A program made the position numbers and the translations under genes. Below, piece after piece: positions 29,006 through 37,937 of a stretch of DNA of 64,000 nt; position 1 is the stretch's first letter; each line of letters starts with the position of its first letter. The stretch comes from a bacterium (lineage in GTDB: Bacteria > Actinomycetota > Coriobacteriia > Coriobacteriales > Eggerthellaceae). The notes beneath the pieces were generated by a model. That model had not been told where the DNA came from, did no database searches, and saw only the letters and a list, made by a program, of their open reading frames with translations. Where the stretch lies: positions 7,862 to 71,861 of the forward strand of contig CAVABR010000048.1 in assembly GCA_963586955.1 (NCBI GenBank). The letters run 5' to 3'.

Positions 29006-29911
29006 TTATTCAGAAAGCGCAACCAAAGCAGAGCAAAGTGCGTCAAGTAAAACAATGGCGTAGTGCTGAGCTGAGCGAGCCTGGCCTGCGTCTTCCCATG
29101 TTTCATCAGGTATGCGAACTCCAATACGATCAGACTGACGACCAGCAACGCGCAACGCCTGCGACAGACGCAACGAAAGTGAAGCTTCTGGCTCAAATTC
29201 AACAACCGGGATTTGATCAACGGGTGTTTCATTGCCAAGCAGAATCTGGACATAGGTCATAGATTCATCAGGGGCAACCAAAAGCGAATCAGCGCTGGTT
29301 ACTTGCGAATTTGGATTGGTAGCCATAGATAAGTTAGACATACGCGCTGCCACCGAACGAGTGAACTCAGACGTACCAAAAAGACAAAGGAGATTTTTCT
29401 CTAATACCTCTGAAGCACGCGCAAAGCCAAGATTAGGAACAGAATTAAACGATTCTTTATCTTTCCACGAATGCTGTAAATTATTTATTTCTCTAAAGGT
29501 AAAAGCTCCTGCGATTCCATCGGAGGGAAGACCCATATTGAGCTGGAATTTTCTTAATGCGTCTTCGGTATGAGCGCCAAAAATCCCATCACAGATACCG
29601 CAAGAAAATCCAAGAGTTGAAAGCGCTTTCTGCAAAAGCTTGACATCTTGACCATGAAAATAAGGAACACGAAGATACAAAACCCTATCACCAAGATGAT
29701 AGGTTGCATCAACAAGACGAGCCCAAACGCGCGCATCAACTTCAGATGTTTCCTCTAGGCCAAAATCTTTTGCGAAAGCAGTAACCGCACGAGCGGTTTT
29801 TTCATCATAGATTCCATTTATATCTGCTTCAGTGAGATATTCCAAAGAAACGAGTCTGCCTTGAATATCCTCTACTGCAGCACCAGTATCATGTAAAGCA
29901 ATAGTTTCCAT
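29006..29911 (-). CDS. Tandem peptidoglycan-binding-domain protein (CwlM N-terminus-like)
   Basis: Two PG_binding_1-type units (G.AVEDIQGRL...TARAVTAF and GQDVKLLQKAL...DGIFGAHTEDALRKFQ...DGIAG). No signal peptide. Confidence 0.8.
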   Translation of the reverse strand: METIALHDTGAAVEDIQGRLVSLEYLTEADINGIYDEKTARAVTAFAKDFGLEETSEVDARVWARLVDATYHLGDRVLYLRVPYFHGQDVKLLQKALSTLGFSCGICDGIFGAHTEDALRKFQLNMGLPSDGIAGAFTFREINNLQHSWKDKESFNSVPNLGFARASEVLEKNLLCLFGTSEFTRSVAARMSNLSMATNPNSQVTSADSLLVAPDESMTYVQILLGNETPVDQIPVVEFEPEASLSLRLSQALRVAGRQSDRIGVRIPDETWEDAGQARSAQHYAIVLLDALCSALVALSE

Positions 29912-29918
29912 AAGCCTC

Positions 29919-31034
29919 TTATTTCAAACGATCGACAAACCAATCAGCCATTGAAATAAGAATAGCACGCCCAAAGCAAGGCTCAAGAACTTCCATCAAA
30001 CGTTCTTTTGCTTGATCTACTAACTGTTGAGCATACTTTCTTGCGTAGTCAATACTTCCCGCATCTATCATGATCTGCACAGCTTCTTCAAGAAGCTTAG
30101 GATCTTTTTCTTTGGAAGAGAGGATTTCCAAGAGGCGTTGCTTTTGCGTGGAGTTATGAAGCGCATGCACCGCCACCAGTGTTCTCTTACCTTCAGTAAT
30201 ATCACTTCGATAGTCTTTTTCTTTGGCTTCTTTTGTGCCAATAAGGTTAAGGAGGTCATCTTGAATCTGGAAAGCAAGACCAGTATCAAGGCCGAAAGAG
30301 CGAAGACCCTCAACAACCTCTTCACTCGCGCCACCAATGATAGCACCAACGACCAAAGGCACCGCACCCGAATAATAGGCAGTTTTATGGGTAGCCATAA
30401 CAAAGTAATCTTCTTCGGTGATGTCATAGCGACCGTCACGTGCCCACCCAATATCAAGCGCCTGGCCTTCAACGGTGCTCTGTGCCATGCCTACTAGTTC
30501 AAGTGCTACTCGTACCTTGGTAGCGTCATCAAGGCTCGGGTCACGCATAACCAAACCATTAACAATAGAAAGCGCAAGGTCTCCGGCATTGATGGCAATT
30601 CCTTCGCCTTCGGTTAAATGCATGCACGGTTTACCGCGACGAAGATCAGCCTCATCGGCAATATCATCATGAATAAGCGCTGCCGTATGAAAATGCTCAA
30701 TAGCAGCTGCAGAAGAATACGCCTTATGCTCATCTCCGCCTACCGCATTGCAGGCAAGAATACAAATAAGAGGACGATGACGCTTCCCCGCATTTTTGCT
30801 ATAAGCCATCAAAGGGCCATACAGATACGTTTCCATATCCGGATGAGAACCAGTTGGAATATACGAATTGACAATATCGTTAACAAGCCCCGCACAGACA
30901 TTGAGATATTTCTGAAACAAATCAGGGGAATTCTGTTCTATCTCTTCATTTGTAGGAGACGGAATTTGCTCTAGAAATGCACCATACAAGCTTTGAGTAG
31001 CACGGTCATTTGAAAACTGAGTATTGCTCGACAT
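29919..31034 (-). CDS. Polyprenyl (geranylgeranyl-type) diphosphate synthase
   Basis: Motifs GKRHRP, FARM LIHDDIAD...RRG, GQALD, KT and SARM FQIQDD. Confidence 0.93.
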   Translation of the reverse strand: MSSNTQFSNDRATQSLYGAFLEQIPSPTNEEIEQNSPDLFQKYLNVCAGLVNDIVNSYIPTGSHPDMETYLYGPLMAYSKNAGKRHRPLICILACNAVGGDEHKAYSSAAAIEHFHTAALIHDDIADEADLRRGKPCMHLTEGEGIAINAGDLALSIVNGLVMRDPSLDDATKVRVALELVGMAQSTVEGQALDIGWARDGRYDITEEDYFVMATHKTAYYSGAVPLVVGAIIGGASEEVVEGLRSFGLDTGLAFQIQDDLLNLIGTKEAKEKDYRSDITEGKRTLVAVHALHNSTQKQRLLEILSSKEKDPKLLEEAVQIMIDAGSIDYARKYAQQLVDQAKERLMEVLEPCFGRAILISMADWFVDRLK

Positions 31035-31113
31035 AAATTCTCTTTCGAATTACGCTTTTAGGCTTTTATCCATTTATACTTCGCATTAAGAAATTATGCA
31101 AGAAAAAAAGAAC

Positions 31114-31198
31114 TGGTAGGAGCGGAGGGACTCGAACCCTCAAGCCCGAAGGCGGCGGATTTTAAGTCCGCTGCGTATGCCAATTCCGCCACGCTCCC
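31114..31198 (-). tRNA. tRNA-Leu (anticodon TAA), 85 nt, CCA encoded
   Basis: GGGAGCG-TGGCGGAATTGGCATACGC-A-GCGGA-CTTAAAA-TCCGC-long variable arm-GAGGG-TTCGAGT-CCCTC-CGCTCCT-ACCA. Confidence 0.97.
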
Positions 31199-31227
31199 TT
31201 GGTGCTATCGTAGATACAGCCTAGACA

Positions 31228-32181
31228 TCATAACAAATAATGAGTTGATTCTTCAAGAAGAATACCATGTAAAATATCTAATTCGCTTACAGTAAATGAA
31301 TCCATGTGCGAAAGTTCTAAAACAACCGTAAGGATTAACATACCGGCAACAATAACCCCCGCACGCTGAGGCTCTAAACCAACAACTTGCTTACGAAGTT
31401 CAAGTGGTTTTGAGGCAAGCATTTCATAAACTGCTCTAAGCTCTTCAGAAGAAACGCACGCCTTATGGACAAGCTCAGGATTGTATTGTTTCATCTTTTC
31501 TTTGATAGAAACCGCGCTGGTTGCCGTTCCGGCAACTGCAACAATACGATCAAGCGAAGGAAACGAAGAGAGACACTCTTCAAAATAGGGACGCATTTCT
31601 TTCTGAACAAAGGCGCGAGCCTGTTCCAACTCTGAAGGCGTTGGAGGATCTGAAAATAAAAACCGCTCAGTAATCCTGCGACATCCAACATTAAACGAAT
31701 GACTAAAGCTTGGCTCTTGCCCGCCCTTACCAAAGATCACCTCGGTTGACCCGCCTCCCGTATCAACAACCAAAAGGGATTCACCACTAAAACACGATGA
31801 GGCGCCCTTGAAAGAAAGAGAGGCTTCTTGTTTTCCTGAAATGACCGAAAGCTTCACGCCGAGTGCTCCAAGTCGAGACGTGAGCTCTGAAGAGTTTTTT
31901 GCATCGCGTGCAGCACTTGTTGCAAAGGCAACAATAGGCATGCGAGTATGCAAAGAAGAGGTTCCCTTCGAGCTTTCTTCATCTATCAGTTTGACAAACT
32001 CTTGTATCTGAGAAACTACTCGCTCTATAGCATCAAGCTGTAAGTAAGAGGTTTTATCTACGCCTACCCCAAGATTAGTGATTGCACAATGGCGACAAAT
32101 TTCGTTCACCGAAGATCCAACAACATCGGCAATCAGCAAACGACAGGTAACCGTACCAATATCAATAGCAGCTAACTTCAT
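31228..32181 (-). CDS. Ppx/GppA family phosphatase (second copy, Ppx2-like)
   Basis: Motifs AIDIGTVTCRL, ATSAARDA, DTGGGSTE and ILHG. Lies downstream of ftsB/divIC. Confidence 0.9.
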   Translation of the reverse strand: MKLAAIDIGTVTCRLLIADVVGSSVNEICRHCAITNLGVGVDKTSYLQLDAIERVVSQIQEFVKLIDEESSKGTSSLHTRMPIVAFATSAARDAKNSSELTSRLGALGVKLSVISGKQEASLSFKGASSCFSGESLLVVDTGGGSTEVIFGKGGQEPSFSHSFNVGCRRITERFLFSDPPTPSELEQARAFVQKEMRPYFEECLSSFPSLDRIVAVAGTATSAVSIKEKMKQYNPELVHKACVSSEELRAVYEMLASKPLELRKQVVGLEPQRAGVIVAGMLILTVVLELSHMDSFTVSELDILHGILLEESTHYLL

Positions 32182-32201
32182 AAGAGCCTAACTCGCAAAA
32201 T

Positions 32202-33278
32202 TTACGATCCGTAACCAAAAACAACATCCAAAACACCAGAATACCAGGTATCTGGAGCAGAGATGCTACCTGAAGGAATGGTATACGTAACCGAATCTGA
32301 AGAATCATTTATGGTTGGTGAATCAATATTTTCAACGGTAGCTATCTGTTCATCAGCGCGCACATATCCAAGTTTATAACGTGCATAGTCTTCAAGTCCT
32401 TCATTGGTATTTAAGTAATCAACTTCAGACTGAAGAGAAGCATTCTGTTCCTCAAGAGCAGAATATTCTGCTTCAAGCTGTTGAAGATGTCTTGATTCAA
32501 TATAGTAGTCTGACAAAGGCTGATAAAGCATAACCGTTGCAAACAAAATGCAACATGCAACCGCAATTAAACGAGGCCCTATAACCGCACCTTTGCCTGA
32601 GAAAAGGACAGGCAAAGAAAACCGAGAAAAGGGATTCTTGGCTGACGAATTTGCTTCTTGTTGCATACGCGCAGAATGAGCATGGGTTTTCCCCATACGC
32701 ATCTCATACAAGGCAGGCCTGCTGGTTTGTTCCTCACTGCGAGACCCATTGGAAGCAAACCTCTTATTAAACTGTCGTTCAGCCTTAGCAGAGCGCAAGC
32801 GCTTCTTTGCATTTTGTATAAAAGTAGCGTCAGCAGAAGCGTCCTTACTTGAAGCTTGTTCGGCTCTGCTTGCGTGTCTTGCTCTTTGTTGGACACCTTC
32901 ATCACGATATCTATCTTGCACACCACGATTAGAGCGTCGAGGCGAAACAAACGATTGAGATACCGGCGCTGCAACACCTAAATACGTTGCGCCATGACGC
33001 GCAGGACGCCCTTGCTGATATACAGAGCCTCCCTGCCGATATGCAGAGCTGCCATGCGAATATGTTGAACTTCCCTGTCTCTTCGCAGAAGCGTCAGGAA
33101 AAGAACGATGAGTATTGCGCGCTGAAAAATTTCGAGGATCAATCTGCTGAGAGGATGAACCAAGCCGGGAAGAGGAAGATCTTGAGGAAGTTCTATTGCC
33201 TGAAGAAGAAACACGTGAGGCTCTACCGCGAGAACGCAGATCATTAAAAGAAACGATTTTTGCCTGTTCAGACCTCAA
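32202..33278 (-). CDS. Septum formation initiator (FtsB/DivIC family) with a long N-terminal disordered region
   Basis: Single TM helix, then a coiled coil (LQQLEAEYSALEEQNASLQSEVDYL) and EDYARYKLGYVRADE. TTG start after AAGGGG. Confidence 0.8.
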   Translation of the reverse strand: MRSEQAKIVSFNDLRSRGRASRVSSSGNRTSSRSSSSRLGSSSQQIDPRNFSARNTHRSFPDASAKRQGSSTYSHGSSAYRQGGSVYQQGRPARHGATYLGVAAPVSQSFVSPRRSNRGVQDRYRDEGVQQRARHASRAEQASSKDASADATFIQNAKKRLRSAKAERQFNKRFASNGSRSEEQTSRPALYEMRMGKTHAHSARMQQEANSSAKNPFSRFSLPVLFSGKGAVIGPRLIAVACCILFATVMLYQPLSDYYIESRHLQQLEAEYSALEEQNASLQSEVDYLNTNEGLEDYARYKLGYVRADEQIATVENIDSPTINDSSDSVTYTIPSGSISAPDTWYSGVLDVVFGYGS

Positions 33279-33514
33279 TTTTCCCCTTGAGCATCGTAGT
33301 GTGTTTAAGTAGTGCGATTAATGCTTAGAGCTTGTTCATAATAGCACAGACTATTCCGAAAAATTTGGTTTTCAACAAATGATTCAATTATTCTTTTAAA
33401 ATGTAGAAACGGGTTAAATCTTCATTAAAAAACGCTTTGAAATCATGCGATTTTAAGCATTTTCGCCACCACGATTGCCACGGAAAACAGCGCTTAAAAC
33501 ATCCCTAAAAAACT

Positions 33515-33546
33515 AAAGAGAAAGCCACCCCAAAGTGACTTTCTCT
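33515..33546 (-). terminator. Intrinsic terminator after yebC
   Basis: Minus strand reads GAGAAAGTCAC-TTTGGG-GTGGCTTTCTC-TTT. Confidence 0.75.
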
Positions 33547-33576
33547 CCTATCAATTGCAAGTATGTGAGCAAGGAT

Positions 33577-34371
33577 TTATTCGTCAAGCGCCTCAGCAAT
33601 TTCATCAGTAATGTCCATGGTGTGATAAACATTTTGAAGATCTTCAAGCTCTTCAAGACGATCAACCAAGCGCATAACCTTCTTTGCGTCAGAGACCGAA
33701 ACAGAAGCAGGAGTGGTTGGCTCCATTACGAATTCTGCACCTTTGGTAATAATGCCAGCTTCATTAAGAGCGTTCTTTACTGCCATCAAATCAGAAGGGC
33801 TGGTATATACGATCCACTCTTCGCCCGCATCTTCGTAATCAGTTCCGCCTGCTTCAGCTACTGCCATCATAAATTCATCTTCATCGACCGCATTTTCTTT
33901 GTCAGCAACCTTTTTCTCTTCGCTCTTGATGATTTTCTCAACAAGGATTTCGCCTTTGCGTTCAAATTGGAATGCAACAGAACCAGAAGTTCCCAAGTTG
34001 CCACCATGATGAGAAAATGCTGCGCGAACATCTGCAGCAGTACGATTGCGGTTATCAGTCAGTGCTTCGCAGTAAATTGCTACACCACAAGGACCATAGC
34101 CTTCATAAATAACTGATTCATAATTAGCAGCATCTTTTCCTGAACCAAAAGCCTTGTCGATAGCGGTTTTGATTTTATCCTTAGGAAGTGAATAGCTCTT
34201 AGCCTTATCAATTGCAGCAGCAAGAGAAGCATTATTGTCAGGATTAGGATCTCCACCCTCTTTAGCTGCAACCGTAATATTTCTGGATAATTTAGAAAAA
34301 AGAGCGGAACGCTTTGCGTCCTGAGCTGCTTTACGATGTTTCGTTGTTGCCCATTTTGAATGTCCTGACAT
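33577..34371 (-). CDS. yebC: YebC/PmpR family protein
   Basis: Motifs MSGHSKWATTKHRK, YEGYGP and TDNRNRT. Confidence 0.96.
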   Translation of the reverse strand: MSGHSKWATTKHRKAAQDAKRSALFSKLSRNITVAAKEGGDPNPDNNASLAAAIDKAKSYSLPKDKIKTAIDKAFGSGKDAANYESVIYEGYGPCGVAIYCEALTDNRNRTAADVRAAFSHHGGNLGTSGSVAFQFERKGEILVEKIIKSEEKKVADKENAVDEDEFMMAVAEAGGTDYEDAGEEWIVYTSPSDLMAVKNALNEAGIITKGAEFVMEPTTPASVSVSDAKKVMRLVDRLEELEDLQNVYHTMDITDEIAEALDE

Positions 34372-34464
34372 ACAGACTTCCTTCCAAACTCATGTAACTA
34401 GTTTTAAATCTTATCATATATAGCAAAAAGCTTACTAGGGTAAGGCTTCTTAAGAATAAAGAAG

Positions 34465-35805
34465 TTAGCATCCCAGCTTTTCTTCAATAACACAAGCTAT
34501 GGCCTGCGCAACGCTTAAAGCCTTTTCACTGGTAGGCGCTTCAACCATAACGCGAACCAATGGTTCAGTACCACTAGGACGAACCAAGATGCGACCTTCG
34601 CCTGCTAATTTTTCATTTTCTGAAGCAATAACGTCTTTGACGTCATTGTCTTCTTCAACAGCATGCTTGTCAGTCACTTTGACATTGATGAGCTCTTGAG
34701 GGAATCGTTGCATAACTGAAGTCGCCTCAGAAACGCTACCGCCCCTTCTCAAGCAAGCTGAAAGGAACTGGCATGCCGTAATGAGGCCATCTCCGGTGGA
34801 ATTGTGCTCCAAAAAGATCATATGGCCGCTTTGTTCTCCGCCAAGAACAAAGTTACCCTTTCTGAGCTGTTCTAAGACATAACGATCTCCCACTTGGGTC
34901 TGGATTACGTCAATGTCTGCCTTTTGCATAGCTTGAGTAAAACCAAGATTGCACATAACCGTAGAAACAACCGTATTTCCAGAAAGCAAGCCACGGTCTT
35001 TGAGGTCAAGCGCACAGACCGCTTCTACAACATCTCCGTCAAGTTCATTGCCCAGTTCGTCAATGAACATAACGCGATCAGCGTCACCATCATGAGCTAT
35101 ACCTACCTGAGCATTCGTCTCTTTAACAAGCGCCTTGAGAGGCTCTAGATGAGTAGAGCCACATTCAACATTGATGTCCGTTCCCGAAAAATCATCATTG
35201 ATTACTACCACTTCTGCGCCGAGCGCTTCAAGGGCGTGAGCCGTGGTAAGCGAAGCTGCACCATGACCGGTATCAAGGGCAATCTTCATTCCCTTAAACG
35301 TAATGCCTTCAGATTTAACCGTTTCAATAGCATGATTTATATAGAGCTCGCAGGCATCCTCAACAGGAACTACACATCCAACTTCAGCGCCTCCAACAAG
35401 CTCATCTGTGGTTGCCCCTCCTGCATAAACAAATTCTTCAAGCTTGCTTTCAGTTTCATCAGGAAGTTTAAAGCCAAGCTTGTCAAAGAACTTGATTCCG
35501 TTGTACTCAGGAGGATTATGCGAAGCCGAAATAACGACACCACCGTCAGCATAAAGCTCACGGGTAAGAAGCGCTACGCCCGGGGTAGGAATAATGCCAG
35601 TTGCCAAAACCGTTCCGCCCATACTCATAATGCCTGCGTTAAGCGCTGATTCAAGCATATCGCCTGAAATACGGGTATCTTTTCCTACCACAATTGTCTT
35701 GCCAAGAAACTTAACGGCAGCTTGTCCAAGCTTGAAGGCAATATCTGCAGTTAATTCCACATTCGCAACGCCACGCGCTCCGTCTGTACCAAAAAGCTTT
35801 GCCAT
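34465..35805 (-). CDS. glmM: Phosphoglucosamine mutase
   Basis: Motifs FGTDGARG, ISASHNP, DGDADR, GGEQSGH and RPSGTEP. Confidence 0.96.
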   Translation of the reverse strand: MAKLFGTDGARGVANVELTADIAFKLGQAAVKFLGKTIVVGKDTRISGDMLESALNAGIMSMGGTVLATGIIPTPGVALLTRELYADGGVVISASHNPPEYNGIKFFDKLGFKLPDETESKLEEFVYAGGATTDELVGGAEVGCVVPVEDACELYINHAIETVKSEGITFKGMKIALDTGHGAASLTTAHALEALGAEVVVINDDFSGTDINVECGSTHLEPLKALVKETNAQVGIAHDGDADRVMFIDELGNELDGDVVEAVCALDLKDRGLLSGNTVVSTVMCNLGFTQAMQKADIDVIQTQVGDRYVLEQLRKGNFVLGGEQSGHMIFLEHNSTGDGLITACQFLSACLRRGGSVSEATSVMQRFPQELINVKVTDKHAVEEDNDVKDVIASENEKLAGEGRILVRPSGTEPLVRVMVEAPTSEKALSVAQAIACVIEEKLGC

Positions 35806-35881
35806 ACTCTAACCTCTTTACTATATATTGAAAATCTAAAAATTCTGCCCCGCGAAAACCGGTAGTGTTCACGTGCAAATC

Positions 35882-36322
35882 TTAGTGATTGCCTCTGTTT
35901 ATATGTTCAGGCTTAAGGAGCACCACGCCACTGCGAAGCGCAATATCATCTTCGCTCATACGAGAATTTAGCTCTGCAGCAAATTCATCAAGGTTGATAC
36001 CATAACGCTCCAAAAGAACTAAGAGATGATACACCACATCCCCTGCTTCATAACGAAAATGATCAAGATTGGCTTGATATTCGTCGCTGGTGTGATCGGT
36101 TCCAGCTAAAGCTTGAATGTCCTTTGCTGCAAGGGATGTCTCATGCGCCTCTTCTACCAACTTCTTTAACAACTTATCAAGATCTCCCGTAAGAAGGCGA
36201 AAGGTATAGCTTTCCTCCCCCGCACTTCGACGGTTATGGATGGTTTGCGCAAGTGTTTCAAGCGAAGATCCAATCTGGCTAACTGGTGGAGTTTTATCAT
36301 CGGAAAGATATGTTTTCATCAT
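35882..36322 (-). CDS. hisE: Phosphoribosyl-ATP pyrophosphohydrolase
   Basis: ESYT.RLL...KKLVEEA.E...EAGDVVYHLLVLL...EL..R pattern. Confidence 0.88.
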   Translation of the reverse strand: MMKTYLSDDKTPPVSQIGSSLETLAQTIHNRRSAGEESYTFRLLTGDLDKLLKKLVEEAHETSLAAKDIQALAGTDHTSDEYQANLDHFRYEAGDVVYHLLVLLERYGINLDEFAAELNSRMSEDDIALRSGVVLLKPEHINRGNH

Positions 36323-36402
36323 CTAACCCTTTCGTCATTCTAGAAGGAAAACTTCATATCAATAAGAGCTTTGCGCTCATAAAAAAGCTCTGTTCTCTTC
36401 GG

Positions 36403-37716
36403 CTATTGTAGCCTTGATAAAATTGATTGGTGCGAACGGCTAACTTCATCCATAACGCGCTCTATATCAATAGTGAGATATTCGCCATTGCGGTAGCAAA
36501 CGCGCCCATCAACCATAGTCAAAACAACGTCAGAGCCTTCAAGCGAATATACAATGTTGCTTGACATTGAATCAACCGGCGTCATCCAAGGAGTGTCAAT
36601 ATCAAGAGCAACCAAATCAGCTTTGTTTCCTACCTTGATTTCTCCACAATCATTTCGACCTTGCGAAAGCGCACCATTGCGCGTAGAAATAGTGATTATG
36701 TCGTTTGAAGACATGCCTTCAGGATTTCTATAATATGCTCTATGCATTAAAGCAAGCAGATACATATCTTTAAACATGTTTAAATTGTTATTGCTTGCTA
36801 CCCCGTCAGTACCTAAACAAATAGTAATACCATGCTCTTTCATTTTCATAATATCGGCGATTCCGCTACCAAGCTTGGCATTTGAAGCAGGACAAGCCGC
36901 AACAAATACCCCTTTATCTGAAAGAATGCGAAGATCCTCTTCGTCAAGATAAGTGCAATGAGCGGCGGTGCAGGGAACATCAAAGATGCCGCGCTTAGCC
37001 AAATAGACGACGGGACTTTGATTGTGACGTTGTCTGCATTCGGCAATTTCTTGTTCGGTTTCACTTACATGAACCTGTATGCGAACGCCAGCATCGAGTG
37101 CCGCTTCTGCAAGACCAGAGGCTACCAGAGGCGTGGTGGTATATTCAGAATGGAGGTTGAAATCTATTAACAGCCTTCCCTCACCCTTGCCGTGATAATC
37201 TTTTATCAATCGTTTGTTGAGCGCACAAACTGGCAGCTCAGAATAAGGAACATCTTCACCAAAATGAGAAATTGAATGTCCGATATTTGCTTTAATCCCC
37301 GATTCCAAAACCGCTTTAGCGCGAGCATCAGATTGATAATACATATCTGAAAACGAGACTACGCCAAAGCGCAACATTTCAGCAATGCCAAGCAAGGTTG
37401 CATAATAAGAATCTTCTTCTTGTATTTCAGCTTCAAAAGGAAAAATTGAATCGTAGAGCCAAGGTTGAAGAGCAAGATTTTCTCCCCGACCGCGCAAAAG
37501 CGTCATAGGTACATGCGAATGTGCATTGTAGAGGCCGGGCATTAAGAGTTTGCCACGACCATCAAAGACCTCATCATAGTTAGCGCCGTTTGCTATGCGG
37601 GGATCTTCTGAGCCAATATAGTCAATACAAGATTGGTTTACCCCAACGTATATATGAGGAAGGTACTCCCCTTTTTCATTAAGTAAAGAAATATCAGCAA
37701 AAAGAAATGAACTCAT
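36403..37716 (-). CDS. Amidohydrolase, MTA/SAH deaminase-like
   Basis: Motifs PGLYNAHSH, HVSET, AAHC, CPASNAKLGSG and GTDGVASNN. Confidence 0.85.
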   Translation of the reverse strand: MSSFLFADISLLNEKGEYLPHIYVGVNQSCIDYIGSEDPRIANGANYDEVFDGRGKLLMPGLYNAHSHVPMTLLRGRGENLALQPWLYDSIFPFEAEIQEEDSYYATLLGIAEMLRFGVVSFSDMYYQSDARAKAVLESGIKANIGHSISHFGEDVPYSELPVCALNKRLIKDYHGKGEGRLLIDFNLHSEYTTTPLVASGLAEAALDAGVRIQVHVSETEQEIAECRQRHNQSPVVYLAKRGIFDVPCTAAHCTYLDEEDLRILSDKGVFVAACPASNAKLGSGIADIMKMKEHGITICLGTDGVASNNNLNMFKDMYLLALMHRAYYRNPEGMSSNDIITISTRNGALSQGRNDCGEIKVGNKADLVALDIDTPWMTPVDSMSSNIVYSLEGSDVVLTMVDGRVCYRNGEYLTIDIERVMDEVSRSHQSILSRLQ

Positions 37717-37877
37717 GGTAATCCTTACGAAAGTGCCCTCTCAAAGCAAGTTTTATCTTTCGATACCGAGACGTGCGTTTTAGCGGTTTTTGCCCAAGTG
37801 ACCTGTTTAAGACACGACCGAGACAAATAACACCCCTCATTGCCTACTCACCTTGTCAGAGCATATCAGCTCTTATA

Positions 37878-37905
37878 CAAGCGCCCCCTTGAACGGGGGC
37901 GCTTG
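37878..37905 (-). terminator. GC-rich hairpin after rpoC
   Basis: CAAGCGCCCCC-TTGAAC-GGGGGCGCTTG, with a weak U-tract. Confidence 0.7.
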
Positions 37906-37937
37906 CCGTTACAATATTTAAAAGCCTAATAGAATAA

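Noticed and set aside
31081..31230. tRNA-Leu as an integration site for an island or prophage
   Set aside because: No integrase and no duplicated tRNA 3' end. Both flanks are housekeeping genes.
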